Source: Eledone cirrhosa
Taxonomy: Eukaryota
Reading direction: 5' to 3'
NCBI GenBank assembly: GCA_964016885.1
Contig: OZ024740.1
Span: 126,480,001 to 126,544,000 of the forward strand
DNA length: 64,000 nucleotides
The notes under the pieces were generated by a model. It ran no database searches, was not told where the DNA came from, and saw nothing but the letters and a program-made list of their open reading frames with translations. Of the stretch, positions 52,179 to 64,000 are shown in pieces (the first letter of the stretch is position 1; every line of letters begins with the position of its first letter). The position numbers and the translations under genes are program-made.

Positions 52179-52759
52179 TACATACCTATTCATAAACATA
52201 AGTGCATAGAAACATATGTATGTTCTTCTGGTTTTATAATTTCGCAAATGTTTGCCAATAGAGTGAGAGTCGGTTTCTAACATAGTTACAAGACTCTCTC
52301 ATTGGAATTTACACAACATCAACTAGGTAGATATGTATGTATCTCTGACTGCATCCATGTTTGTGCAGGTATGGATGTTACTGTATGTGTGGATGTGGAT
52401 GTTTTGAGTTGTATGTGTGCATGCGCATATGCTTTGTATCTGTACATATGTATATGCAGTTATTAGAGGCCTCTGCCTCCCTGCTTACATTCAAGTAGAG
52501 GCAGTCTATATCACTGTTGATGTGGAATTTTCCGGTGTTACTTAGTATTTTTCCTAACATCAACTGCTCGGATTTCGTCTATTGTCCAATTGAGTATTCC
52601 AAACGTCGGTGTCAGGACAGGCACAGCAAACATATTGTGAGCCACTGTTTTATTGTGCTCATGTATGCATGTATGTATGTATGTGTACGTATGTATATGT
52701 GTATGTATATGTATGTTTGTGTGAATTTATGTATGTATATATGTATGCATGTATGTGTA

Positions 52760-52900
52760 AAGGCGCGTGACTTTGTGGTTAGTGTATTCGACTCACAATA
52801 GTGAGGTTGGGAATTCGATTGTTGTCGGTTCGTTGTGTCCTTTAGCAAGACACTTTATTTTACATTTTTCCTGTCCACTCAGGTGGAAAATATGAGTTGT
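52760..52900 (+). mobile_element. tRNA-derived SINE head
   Basis: GGCGCGTGACTTTGTGGTTAGTGT..TTCGATT..GTGTCCTTTAGCAAGACACTTTATT. Confidence 0.6.
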
Positions 52901-53284
52901 AACTGTAATTCGAATAGCTAATAAAGATGACGTAAGTATGTAACAAAGTTTTCGCCAGGCGGCCATAAATTTGCACCATAGATGTAACTTTTTCCAAGTA
53001 AGAAAATGAGGGTATATTTTGTCTACTAAATGTTGTTAAAAGATTAAATATATTATTTAAATATTCACATCTTTAAAATGTTCAAATATCAACACTTCTG
53101 GTTATACGACATTCCTCTCTCCTTCCTAGTCTGTCTGTTTAGATAGATACATAGCTATGACGTCTAGCCCTTATAATATGTCTCTGTATGTCTGTATGTC
53201 TGCATTTTGAAAACCATTCTGTATAATGACTTAGCTATCTGTGTGTGTGTATGTATATATGTATATTAGGTGTGTATATATATT

Positions 53285-53338
<54 letters not shown>

Positions 53339-53633
53339 TTAGTATCATAAATAAGAGAGTTTAATTTGTACATGTATGTATATATTTATACGTATATATA
53401 CATACATAAACACGTTATTTACAGTTGTATAAAAAAAGAACTATAATTGTTTCTACTTTTGGCACAAGGCCAGCAATTATCCAGAACATTACTGGTACTT
53501 TATTATATATAATACCACATTCCTCTCTCTTTCTTACTATGTCTTTTTAGATAGATACATAGCTATAACGTCGCGTATTTATAATATCTCTCTGTATGAC
53601 CGTCTGTCTGCATTGACTTCGCTTCTAGCCAAC

Positions 53634-53688
<55 letters not shown>

Positions 53689-53730
53689 TATAATCGTGTA
53701 CATATTTGCAACTGTCATTCTATACTCTAC

Positions 53731-53845
53731 TATATATTTTCAACAGTGATACTATACTATACGATATATTTTCAACAGTAATACCGTACTATATATTTTC
53801 AACAGTAATTCTATACTATATATTTTCAACAGTAATACTATACTA
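53731..53845. repeat. ~30-bp minisatellite, 4 copies
   Basis: TATATTTTCAACAGTAATACTATAC units. Confidence 0.9.
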
Positions 53846-53947
53846 CACAGACGGCTTATCTTCTGTTTATCCAAGCCATACTAGGTACGTCAGCTATATA
53901 TATCTGGATGCCGTAGAACACACCAATGGTAGCCGGGCGCCAGCTAG

Positions 53948-53979
<32 letters not shown>

Positions 53980-53985
53980 TATATA

Positions 53986-54252
53986 TGAAATTAGTCAGGA
54001 CCCCGACGGCTGAGCTCCGGCCGTTTCGACAGGAAGATCTGAACTAACCCAGTAGCGTTACGACTGTAGTAATTCAGCTAGATTACTACCGTCTTGACAC
54101 TACTGGGTTAGTTCAGATCTAGCTGTCGAAATGGCCGGAGATCAGCCGTCTGTGTCCTAACACTCTTTTCCTATTACCCACTCTACCTCCCCTAAGTATT
54201 GAGTACTCTGGTGCGTTATGGTACACTTGGTTCCTTACCACACTTCCCTTTT
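53986..54252. mobile_element. Family M palindromic insertion
   Basis: About 54000-54075 is the reverse complement of about 54080-54160. The right arm carries the tail ..TTCCTTACCACACTTCC. Confidence 0.8.
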
Positions 54253-54284
54253 ATATATATATATATATATATACGTAATATAGC

Positions 54285-55180
54285 CTATCTGAAGATTAAT
54301 AAATCGTCTGCAAAGTCATTGTTCGGATTACCTAGTAAAAAAATGTTTAAGGTGCATCAACACGTATATCATTAAAACACAAATCTCTCACTCTTGAATA
54401 GTACATTAGACATATCCTAGTTCACAGAATTGGCCTCTAAGAACAGAGCCAAATTCACAAAGTTTGAAATTATAGATTTTTATCCTTCTTATTCTAGTAG
54501 CCTTCAGAATAACGCTTTAAACTTAGTATGTTCTATTGTATACATCAGTGGCATGGACTATGACCTCATATTCCACGCTCCTATTTATTAACGGTACTAC
54601 TGTGGTTAAAATATCTGACCCAGATGAATATTTTGGTGTTTCCATGGGTTTCCATGAGAGTGTTGATGTTCGTCATCTTATCGGCTTATACATTCTTCAC
54701 ACGGTAAAGTATAAATTCTCCGACCACTCCTTTGGTCTATTACGAGACGATGCTCTTTCGTTTTCAGAAGCTTCCAACAGATACACTGTAGATAGATTCT
54801 GTAAAAATGTAATTGAGAACTTTCAAAGACTAGGACTAAAAATTAAAGTTGATACCTTACTGACGCAAATTTCCCCCATGCAAACATAGAACTAACAAAA
54901 ACTTCGTACAAACCATATAATAAACCGAACGAAAAATTGAAATATATTAATAAAGCTTCATGTCACCCTACGTTGTTTTTAAAAACTTACCTTCTAGTAT
55001 AAATACTAGGATCTCAAATCTATCAGCAACCAGGGAGATGTTTTTCGATAATGATGCACAATAATACACCCAAATCCTCCTTGACGGTGATTTTTAGGAC
55101 AACATTATGTACACACCCAATCAAACCCCAACCAAATATACTAAAAATACTAACAGAAAAAGAATGATTATGTGGTTAGC
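54285..55180 (+). pseudogene. Highly degenerate YRDD-type PLE RT
   Basis: LRLIN, KFTKFEIIDFYPS, FGVSMG..ES..V..LIGLYIL, FGLLRDDAL, YKPYNKPNE.LKYINK.S.HP. Confidence 0.8.
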
Positions 55181-56329
55181 ATGTCAATATTGTTGCTCTC
55201 CAATTATATTTAGAATTTGGTCTATATTCTAATGGTTGTCCTTCTTTTTATCAATTTAGCGCATGCCAATGCTTTTGATATGGTCAATAGGGAAGAGCTA
55301 TTAAATAGTTTACCAAAGTTGTATACACAAACATGTTGAAACTCTTAGGGCACAGCGATTTATAATACTATGCCGAATAGAAATGGCATGTGTTATACCT
55401 AATCACTGAAGAAGTAATAAGCCACAGTGTTGATCGATGAATTTTCTTTCTGCATTCAGGATCACAGCAGTACACAAACACAAAGAGAAAATGATTCCAA
55501 ACTTATGAGTCATTGTGCGTCATAAAAAATAGTACCGAATATAAGATTGTAAGAAATGGACAGAGAATGTATTCCCCTAGAATATCACGATTGCTGTTTA
55601 TTAAGTAAATACCGCAATTGCAAAGTCAACGGCACTTCCCGCAGCGTATCTATGAAAGCCTAAACAAAGACCTGCAGACGATTTTCTGATTTCTAAGTTC
55701 TTTTTGAAATGTCCAAAGCTAACTCAAATCAGGTACATCTTCTATACATCAAACGAAATAAGCTTATATATTTTTTTTTTTTGTCGAAAATATTTCTGGA
55801 ATCCCCTTGTATTAAAGAAGTGGCAGCTGCATTTGAAAGTTATTTTTAATTTTGCTAATATACTAGCCAAAGCAAGTGTTACAAATCATTGCTTCAAACG
55901 TAGATCATATATCTCAACATAGGATGACAATTAGCGAATATTGTGTCATGTGGTGCTGATATCTTTATAAATATGCAACACATGCTAACGCAGTTACAAC
56001 ACTTACATTGAACTTGTTCAGTCGTGACTGTTAATCTGTGGCTTTCCCTATCGAAGCACGGTACGAAATCTACTCACCAACGTCGAGGTGAAGAGAGTGC
56101 TCCTTATCTTCTATTGCTGAGGAATACAGCAATTCAAATGTCACCATACGTACATTATGACGAAAGTTAGTTAGGAATTAAAAGATATTAAGTAGTTTGT
56201 TTAGAAATATTCTACATGTATTGCTAACTTAATTTCATTTATGATGACAAATGCATTGAATCCGCTAGCGTGTGCTTGTATTTATGTCAACATCAAACAC
56301 CCGTGTAGTTCAATGTTAACATAATAATT

Positions 56330-56505
56330 ATTTCTACTATTGGCACAAGGCCAGCAATTATCCAGTACATTACTGGTACTTTATTTCATCGACCCCGTAA
56401 GGATGAAAGGCAAAGTTAACATCGGCGGGATTTGAACTCAGTATGGCAAGGACCGTAACTCTATGCGTCAAAGCATGGCGTCAGACCCTGTACCGATACT
56501 GCCAA
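56330..56505 (-). mobile_element. SINE (second family); fragments at about 19820-19950, 27640-27800 and 53450-53500
   Basis: Shared core TTCAAATCCCGCCGA.GT.AACTTTGCCTTTCATCC...GGGTCGAT.AAA..AGTACCAGT. Confidence 0.6.
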
Positions 56506-58237
56506 ATAATAATAAAACCTAACATCGTTTATCTAAACAATAAATATTAATTTATTCAGAGAATCTACTTTCTGTAGCCATACGGAAATCATTCTCATTT
56601 CATAGTAAAATATGTTTAATATCGGAGCATTTTATGAGGCTTTCAATGACTTAGTTATCTCTTTAGTACATATAAACTTAATTAAACAGCACAAGGAAAT
56701 TCACAAGATGACATGCTTATAGCGGTTAATAAATGTTCCCACAACTATAAACACTTTTTCCGCTAAAGTTACGAAAATATTCACAGCAAATCAAAATCAT
56801 GAAACAAAATAAAACACAAAAAAGACACTTATATGATATAACATGAAGCAGAGAAATCAATTACCATGATAGCACGTATAATGGTTACGATATTTTCATA
56901 GATGAAGTATACAAGTCCCCCGATAAGAGATATACTAGACTAGATATTACTTGATGTCAGATTGCAGCAACATATAATTGATTCATTTACTGATCTCTTT
57001 CCCATGATCATCTATGCCTCTAAAAGGAACATTAGTTGATGTTCTTTTTAACTCAGCCATTATTCATTATGATATATGCTGTTTACTTAATTAAAATATA
57101 GACAATAAATATATCAACACATAGAGTTTTATATTATAACGTTGATGCACATTCGCAAGTATACACATAGATGAAACACACTCATACACTCATATGCAGA
57201 TGAAATGACTTCTAGATAACTCCTAAACATTGTAAATAAAGGGATATTTATGTATATGAATAGCAAGTTATCGACGTTAGATGTTTATTAATAAAATGTT
57301 GAAGAACTTGTTATAATTTTATTAAACAAATAGCTACTTTACAGCCTTTGAATATTTACACATGAATGGACAAACTCATGAAAATTAAATGGTATTATAT
57401 TTGCTAAAGAGAATTGTGTCCTATTTTCGACCTCCTCTGTGTATGATGTAGTGTGTGGCTGTGGTGAGTTTGTAAAGTACTAAATTCCTCCAATATTGAT
57501 CTAACATCATTGTTTTTACTACACTAGTTATTACACCAACGATATTTAGCGACCTGGATTAGGTCGAAAACTAGTTTTGGGACTCCTTCCTCAGACCACG
57601 CACAAAAAATGAATACCTCTGCATTTCCACTAATCAGTCAATCCTTACCACTATCAAATCAAATGACAAGACAGCAATTTGGGATCGGCTCCGCCACTTT
57701 TGATATTTCCACAGCCCCGCTACGCGGCAAAGATATATAAAATAAACATTTATCGATACCAGGAAATTATTGTTTATTTAATATTATACAAATATGCATA
57801 AACTATGATCATTTAACATTCAATAATGAGTTTTTTCTGCAATTTGCACCGTAGTATACTCCATTGTTTACCATAAGGATATCTTTTTCTCCGTTTACAG
57901 GAGTATTTTACCTGATTTTCTATTGTGTGTACATAGCTATCCTGCGTCCGATATGTTCTACATTTGCTAAGCATTTTCACTCACTCAACGCGCCAATGTT
58001 TATTTATAAATGTTGTCACATCTAAAAGGTGAATTTTAGCTTTATTTAAGACGATGACAGCTATCAGTGATCGTTTCGTTCAATGATACAGAACACCCAG
58101 CCAGAAATTAAGACGTTCAGACTTCACTTGTCTTTAATGACTACTGGCCACTTTTTCCGCATATTGTTGTATTTTACCCGATTTTGTAAGCGTTGTTTAC
58201 AGCTGTGATCCAGCGTTCAAGATCTACATTTCCAAAG

Positions 58238-58296
<59 letters not shown>

Positions 58297-58298
<2 letters not shown>

Positions 58299-58822
58299 TG
58301 TGTAGATAAATCTACCAAAAGTTTACGGTAGTGTCCAATCCGTATGAAGAACTCAATGTAATCCGGATATCATGAAAAGAGAAGATGCATTCAAAAACTA
58401 CTTTCGGTGAAAAATAAACGGAAAACAGAGTCAAGATGAATTAATAAAATAATGAATAAACAAAGAAACAGTTCCTTATATTAAAAAAAATTCCTCATTT
58501 TACGATCGTTTCTAGGATATATATGTGTTAGAGTTGGTATGCATATTCTATAGATCTATGTACAATATTTATACAAACTATCAGAGGGAATATACATACA
58601 AACACATATATATGCTGTCTTCAGAAATATTATTTCTGAAGACAGCATATATATGTGTAGGTATGTATATTCCCTCTGATAGTTTGTATAAATATTGTAC
58701 ATAGATCTATAGAATATGCATACCAACTCTAACACATATATATCCTAGAAACGATCGTAAAATGAGGAATTTTTTTTAATATAAGGAACTGTTTCTTTGT
58801 TTATTCATTATTTTATTAATTT
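58297..58822. mobile_element. Near-perfect palindrome (arms 58439-58629 and 58631-58821) of two head-to-head HHRs, PLE family C
   Basis: Centre TCAGAAATA-T-TATTTCTGA. HHR reads CTGAAGA...GAAA-CGATCG-TA-AAATGAGGAA. The left arm has a ~140-bp tail. Confidence 0.9.
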
Positions 58823-58835
58823 ATATATATATATA

Positions 58836-61695
58836 TGTACATAAATCTACCAAAATAAACGGTAGTGTCCAATCTGTATGAAGAACTCAATGTACTCCAA
58901 ATATAGAAGATATCATGAAAAGAGAAAATGCATTCAGATATTAACGATAAAAATCACAGGAAAACAGAGTCAAGATAAATTAATAAAAACAATGAAATAA
59001 AAAAAAAGAACATGTTCCTTATATTGAAAAATTCATCATTTTAGGATCGTTTCTGGGATATATGTGTGTTGGTATGTATATTATGTTAAAGATCTATGTA
59101 AAAAAATATTACAAATTATCAGAGGAGATATATATATACCTTCACCAATACATGCCATCTTCAGAAATGATGAAGTATGTTTATTGAAAGAAACAAAGTA
59201 TTAATATAAAAGGTCTGTTTTTGGAACAGGTTTTGAATTGACCAATATAAAAGAGTTAGAGGTCTATTTGATAGAATTACAGTAGTAGAACTCAATGCTA
59301 AGAGTGGAGGAATGTAAATTTACGCTTTGAATGAAAAGAATAGAATGGGGAAGTGAAAGATAGAGGTTAAAATTAGGTCAAATCAAGGAGATAGTGAAGG
59401 AGTCCCAGAAAATGTTGATGTTATTAAAAAATACTGTTAAATGCGAAGGGAAAGAAATTTGTGGGATGAGAGTGTTAGTGAGAAATACAAATCTTATTTA
59501 AATTTCAAGGAACCTATATACATAAAAGGAAATTAATTTAATTGATAGGTATACTTACAGAGTTAAAATTATATTAATTCTTATGAATGTGATAAATAAA
59601 GAAGTAAAAATATAAAAAAATAAAAAATATGTATAGAAAAACTGAAATAGATAACATTTTATAAAAACCAGTGTATCTATCTAAACATCCATAATATTAA
59701 AGATATTAATTATATTTAATAATCCTAGGTATTAAATGTGATCAATAGCGGATGCGGTTAAAAGAAGTAGTGTGGTTAAAGATAACTTTAGGTAAAGTGA
59801 GCTGTAAGAGGGAAATAAAATTATGAAATTCTCTGTAGTAAATTTCTAATTATAGGTTAACTAAATTTTTAAAAACAATTCTTTTTTAATTAAGATAATG
59901 ATTTGTAAAATATAGGAGCGAGGTATATACTAATTAAGTTTATAATATTTGAAGTTTTTCTAATTCTATTATTGCATGATATAATTAATTTGTGTCGCCT
60001 ATTTGATAGGATATCATTAAATTTCATGATTTCAAATAGTTCTTGGGAACATAACCTACACTCATATCTGCTATTTTGATAAGGGGTGGCCCTTTTGAGC
60101 ACGCTCCAGGTCAGGTTGTAATCAATATCCCTCTTTCTATAATTATTAATTGGTTCAGCCAAGGAGGTTGTATTAGCTATTGCGGCATTTTTAAAACTAT
60201 GTTTGTGGGTATTAAATCTTACTCTAAATTGGTTAGACGTAGCTCCTATAAGGGATTGAGTGGAGGCCTTAGTACTAATTACACATTTATAGACTATGTC
60301 ATTAATAAGACAGTTTCCTTTTAAATGCCGCATTAGCTAATACAACCTCCTTGGCTGAAGCAATTGATCATTATAGAAAGAGGGATATTGATTACAACCT
60401 GACCTGGAGCGTGCTCAAAAGGGCCACCCCTTATCAAAATAGCAGATATGAGTGTAGGTTATGTTCCCAAGAACTATTTGAAATCGTGAAGTTTAATGAT
60501 ATCCTATTAAATAAGCGACAGGAATTAATTATATCATGCAATCATAGAATTAGGAAAACCTTCAAATATTATAAACTTAATTAGTGTATATCTCACTCCT
60601 ATATTTTACAAATCATGATTAATTTAAAGATATTTTTTTTTTAAATTTAGTTAACCTATAATTAGAAATTCACTACAGATAATTTCATAATTTTATTTCC
60701 CTCTTACAGCACACTTTACCTAAAGTTATCTTTAACCTCACTACTTCTTTTAACCGCATCCCCTATTTATCACATTTAATACCAAGGATTATTAAATATA
60801 ATTAATACCTTTAATATTATGGATGTTTCGATAGATACACTGCTTTTTATAACATTTGTCCTATTTCAGTTTTTCTATGTTTTTTTATTTTTTTATTTTT
60901 TTATTTTTTTATTTTTTTATTTTTTTATTTTTTTATTTTTTTATTTTTTTATTTTTTTATTTTTTTTATTTTTTTATTTTTTTATTTTTTTATTTTTTTA
61001 TTTTTTTATTTTTTTATTTTTTTATTTTTTTATTTTTTTATTTTTTTATTTTTTTATTTTTTTACTTCTTTATTTATCACATTCATAAGAATTAATACAA
61101 TTTTAACTCTGTAAGTATACCTATCAATTAATTTAACTTCCTTTTATGTATCTAGGTTCTTTGAAATTTAAATAAGATTAGTATTTTTCACTAACACTCT
61201 CATCCCAAAAATTTCTTTCCCCTCGCATTTAACAGCATTTTTTAATAACATCAACATTTTTTGGGGACTCCTTCACTATCTCCTTGATTTGACCTCATTT
61301 AAACCCCTATCTTTCACTTCCCGATAGTATTCTTTTCATTCAAAGCATAAATTCACATTCCTCCACTCCTAGCATCAAGTTCTACTACTGTAATTCTATC
61401 AACTTGACCTATAACTTTTTTCTATTGGTCAATTCAAAACATGTTCCCAAACAGACCTTTTATATTAATACCTTGTTTCTTTCAATAAACATACTTCACT
61501 TTTCTGAAGATGGCATGTATAGGTGAAGGTATATATATATATATATTTCCTCTGATAATTTGTAATATTTGTTTACATAGATCTTTAACATGATATACAT
61601 GCCAACACACATATATCCCAGAAACGATTGTAAAATGATGAATTTTTCAATATAAGGAACCTGTTCTGTGTTTTTATTTCATTGTTTCTATTAAT
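58836..61695. mobile_element. PLE family C 3' region as inverted arms (GIY-YIG remnants 59890-60333 minus and 60351-60584 plus)
   Basis: GNCL..DIVYKC..IGATSNQFRVRFNTHKHSF..CRLC..E. Arms join near 60330. Confidence 0.9.
59032..59174 (-). ncRNA. Hammerhead ribozyme with 10-bp stem I and ~105-nt stem II domain; mirror copy at about 61495-61642
   Basis: TTCATCATTT-CTGAAGA-TGG...CCCA-GAAA-CGATCC-TA-AAATGATGAA. Confidence 0.75.
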
Positions 61696-62111
61696 CTCTC
61701 TCTATATATATATACACATATATATATATATATATATACATACATATATATACAGGCTACAGAATAGATTTCCAAATAAGGGCGTGAAATTTAATGAAAA
61801 CTTGTTCACGTGACAACCATAATTTCATTTATAACCAATCAAATTAAGTTTATAAAAAAGCCTTCATGAGCCCCCCTTTTTAAGTAAAAAGAAATTCAAA
61901 CACTCATATATGAAAAAACAACCTGACACCCCCTCTTGTCTGTGAAGACCTTTGTAACGCGAACTGGCGCGAAATTTAATATAATTATTGAACACCCAAT
62001 CAAATTACTTCTCTAAAACCTGGCCTTTCGAGCCACTTTTTTCCATATAAAACAAGTAACGTTCAAAGACCAACCAATGTGAGAAAAACCACAGACCCTC
62101 CATCTCAACTC

Positions 62112-62151
62112 TACTTTTGAAAAGCAGAAGAACTGCGAAACCGGTAAAGTA
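62112..62151 (+). ncRNA. Minimal hammerhead ribozyme, U3-A8 core; inverted copy at 63650-63686
   Basis: TACTT-TTGAAAA-GCAG.AAGAA.CTGC-GAAA-CCGG-TA-AAGTA. It lies in repeat 62078-62289, which is the reverse complement of 63491-63722. Confidence 0.82.
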
Positions 62152-62281
62152 ACCAAATAAATATATATATATTTTTTAAAATAAGATTCCAGTTGCATTT
62201 TCGATTTCATCTTTTTTTCTTTATACTTTCACTCGTGTAGGACACCTCCGTTATTTTTCATTTTGTAAAAAATAACCTCAC

Positions 62282-62337
<56 letters not shown>

Positions 62338-62399
62338 GTAAGGTATCCAATGATGTTGACTTGTTCTTTTTTTGGTAAATAGCATCTTGATTAAGAGAG

Positions 62400-62670
62400 T
62401 GTGACTGGCTTTGTGCAGTGCCTTTGCTCACTATTAAAGCTTCACGGCACAGGCATTGCTTTTTATCTAGAGATGTCTCTGCACTTGTCATCACATGGTA
62501 CCATGGGCCCAGCGCTATGTGTCTATACTTGTCACAAGTGTAGTGTTTGTACCAGAGTTTTCAAGTCGCTGGCTGGACTAACACGTCAACCTCGTTCAGC
62601 GCTTCGGTAGGAGTTCTCCTACATGGATATAAAGTAGTGGCCGTACCCGAAAACGAGTTACTAGCCACCA
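62400..62670 (+). mobile_element. RTE LINE 3' fragment
   Basis: C2H2-like [16 protein letters not shown] and 3' UTR TGGCCGTACCCGAAAACGAG..GCCACCA, similar to the 10412-10455 end. Confidence 0.6.
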
Positions 62671-62672
62671 TA

Positions 62673-62703
<31 letters not shown>

Positions 62704-62731
62704 ACATGTATACTTGTATATATATATATAT

Positions 62732-62765
<34 letters not shown>

Positions 62766-63293
62766 TTACACCTAAGCATATGCACACTGCACCATTTATG
62801 GTATTTAGATAAACAACGGAAAAGTTAAATATAATAAAGCTAAAAGCGGAATGAATGATATATGAGGTATATTGAACATGCGACTTTTTAGTATGTTGCT
62901 GAAAATGTCGCCATTATGTTAGTAAATGCGGAGTGTAATAGTTTCGTCCAGAAAATTGATTTTCCGAATCATACAGATTTGATTTATTTAATTCATTTTA
63001 ACAACTGCATAAGTTTGAATATCATCTCCAACCCTGGGGACTTGTGTTCAATATCGTATAGATTTAAAGAAACAGGGACATATACAACAATTTGTACATA
63101 TACTTGATAGTACAGGCAGATATAGATATCGGTGCCCACAGACGGGTAGAAGCACACACAGACACACATACAGGCACACAGAAACAGTCATGCATAGTCT
63201 GTATGAGTGTGAAGACAATAATATATATCGTACCGCATATACAAACATACAGAAAAGCCGATGAAATTTGGTCATATATATATATAAAAATAT

Positions 63294-63384
63294 ATAGGAA
63301 CGAGTAGGACCCCGACGGCTGAGCTCAAGCCGTTTCGACGGCTTACCACATTTCCTTACCACGCTCCTTACCACATTTCCTTCG

Positions 63385-63388
<4 letters not shown>
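63294..63388. mobile_element. Family M mini insertion
   Basis: ATAGGAACGAGTAGGACCCCGACGGCTGAGCTCAAGCCGTTTCGAC followed by a stuttered tail CTTACCACATTTCCTTCGTTAT. Confidence 0.8.
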
Positions 63389-63429
<41 letters not shown>

Positions 63430-63744
63430 CATACATACAAACTTACATACACAAATATATACATGTATGTATATATATATACATATATATATTAGAAAGT
63501 GAGTTTTTTTTTTAGTTTTTTTTTTTTTTTTACAAAATGAAAAATAACTGAGGTGTCCTAAACGTGTGAAAGTATAATGAAAAAAAGATGAAATCGAAAA
63601 TGCAACAGGAATCTTATTTAAAAAAAATATATATATATTTATTTGGTTCCTTTACCGGTTTCGCAGTTCTTCTGCTTTTCAAAAATAGAGTTGAGATGGA
63701 GAGTCTGTGGTTTTTCTCACACACATATATATATATATATAAAA

Positions 63745-63806
<62 letters not shown>

Positions 63807-64000
63807 GTATGTATAAATGTGTGCATGTTGCGTGTAGGTGAATACGTTTGTGTGCGTGCCGATATGTACTTAGGCACTCATACACAGATATATACATATC
63901 GACAGATAAATATATAGATATTATGCATGTACGTATTTGTCTGTCTGTGTATAATTTATACTCATGCGTAAATGGATGAACTTGCGTCTCTGCAAATACC

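Noticed and set aside
53731-53845. CRISPR-like array
   Set aside because: Head-to-tail 30-bp minisatellite without unique spacers, in a eukaryotic context with no cas genes.

Overview
AT-rich, microsatellite-saturated animal intergenic or intronic DNA. The SINE repertoire looks cephalopod (Octopus-like), which is an inference. No host gene could be supported; almost all short ORFs in the track are (TA)n/(CA)n artefacts. The window is dominated by Penelope-like retroelements (PLEs) of many families. These include one near-intact 1045-aa RT+GIY-YIG frame (39138-42275), several decayed YRDD-type PLEs, and many tiny palindromic end-fragments. It also holds a decayed RTE LINE, a full-length Tx1/L1-clade LINE inside (TAA)n, MULE and mariner remnants, and SINEs. 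Reading the non-coding DNA by eye shows (i) more than 20 type-I hammerhead ribozyme (HHR) motifs from about 12 families, many with non-canonical cores or long stem II inserts. (ii) About 17 insertions in (TA)n follow the same two-ended rule: two inverted arms that stop at two fixed family-specific points separated by a shared RCTCT...GAGY hairpin motif. (iii) A ~1.3-kb HHR-bearing, terminally redundant unit encodes a non-RT helical protein (a candidate coding retrozyme, 30262-31718). (iv) A captured local sequence ends at a predicted ribozyme cleavage site. All ribozyme folds were assigned manually and have not been computed or tested.
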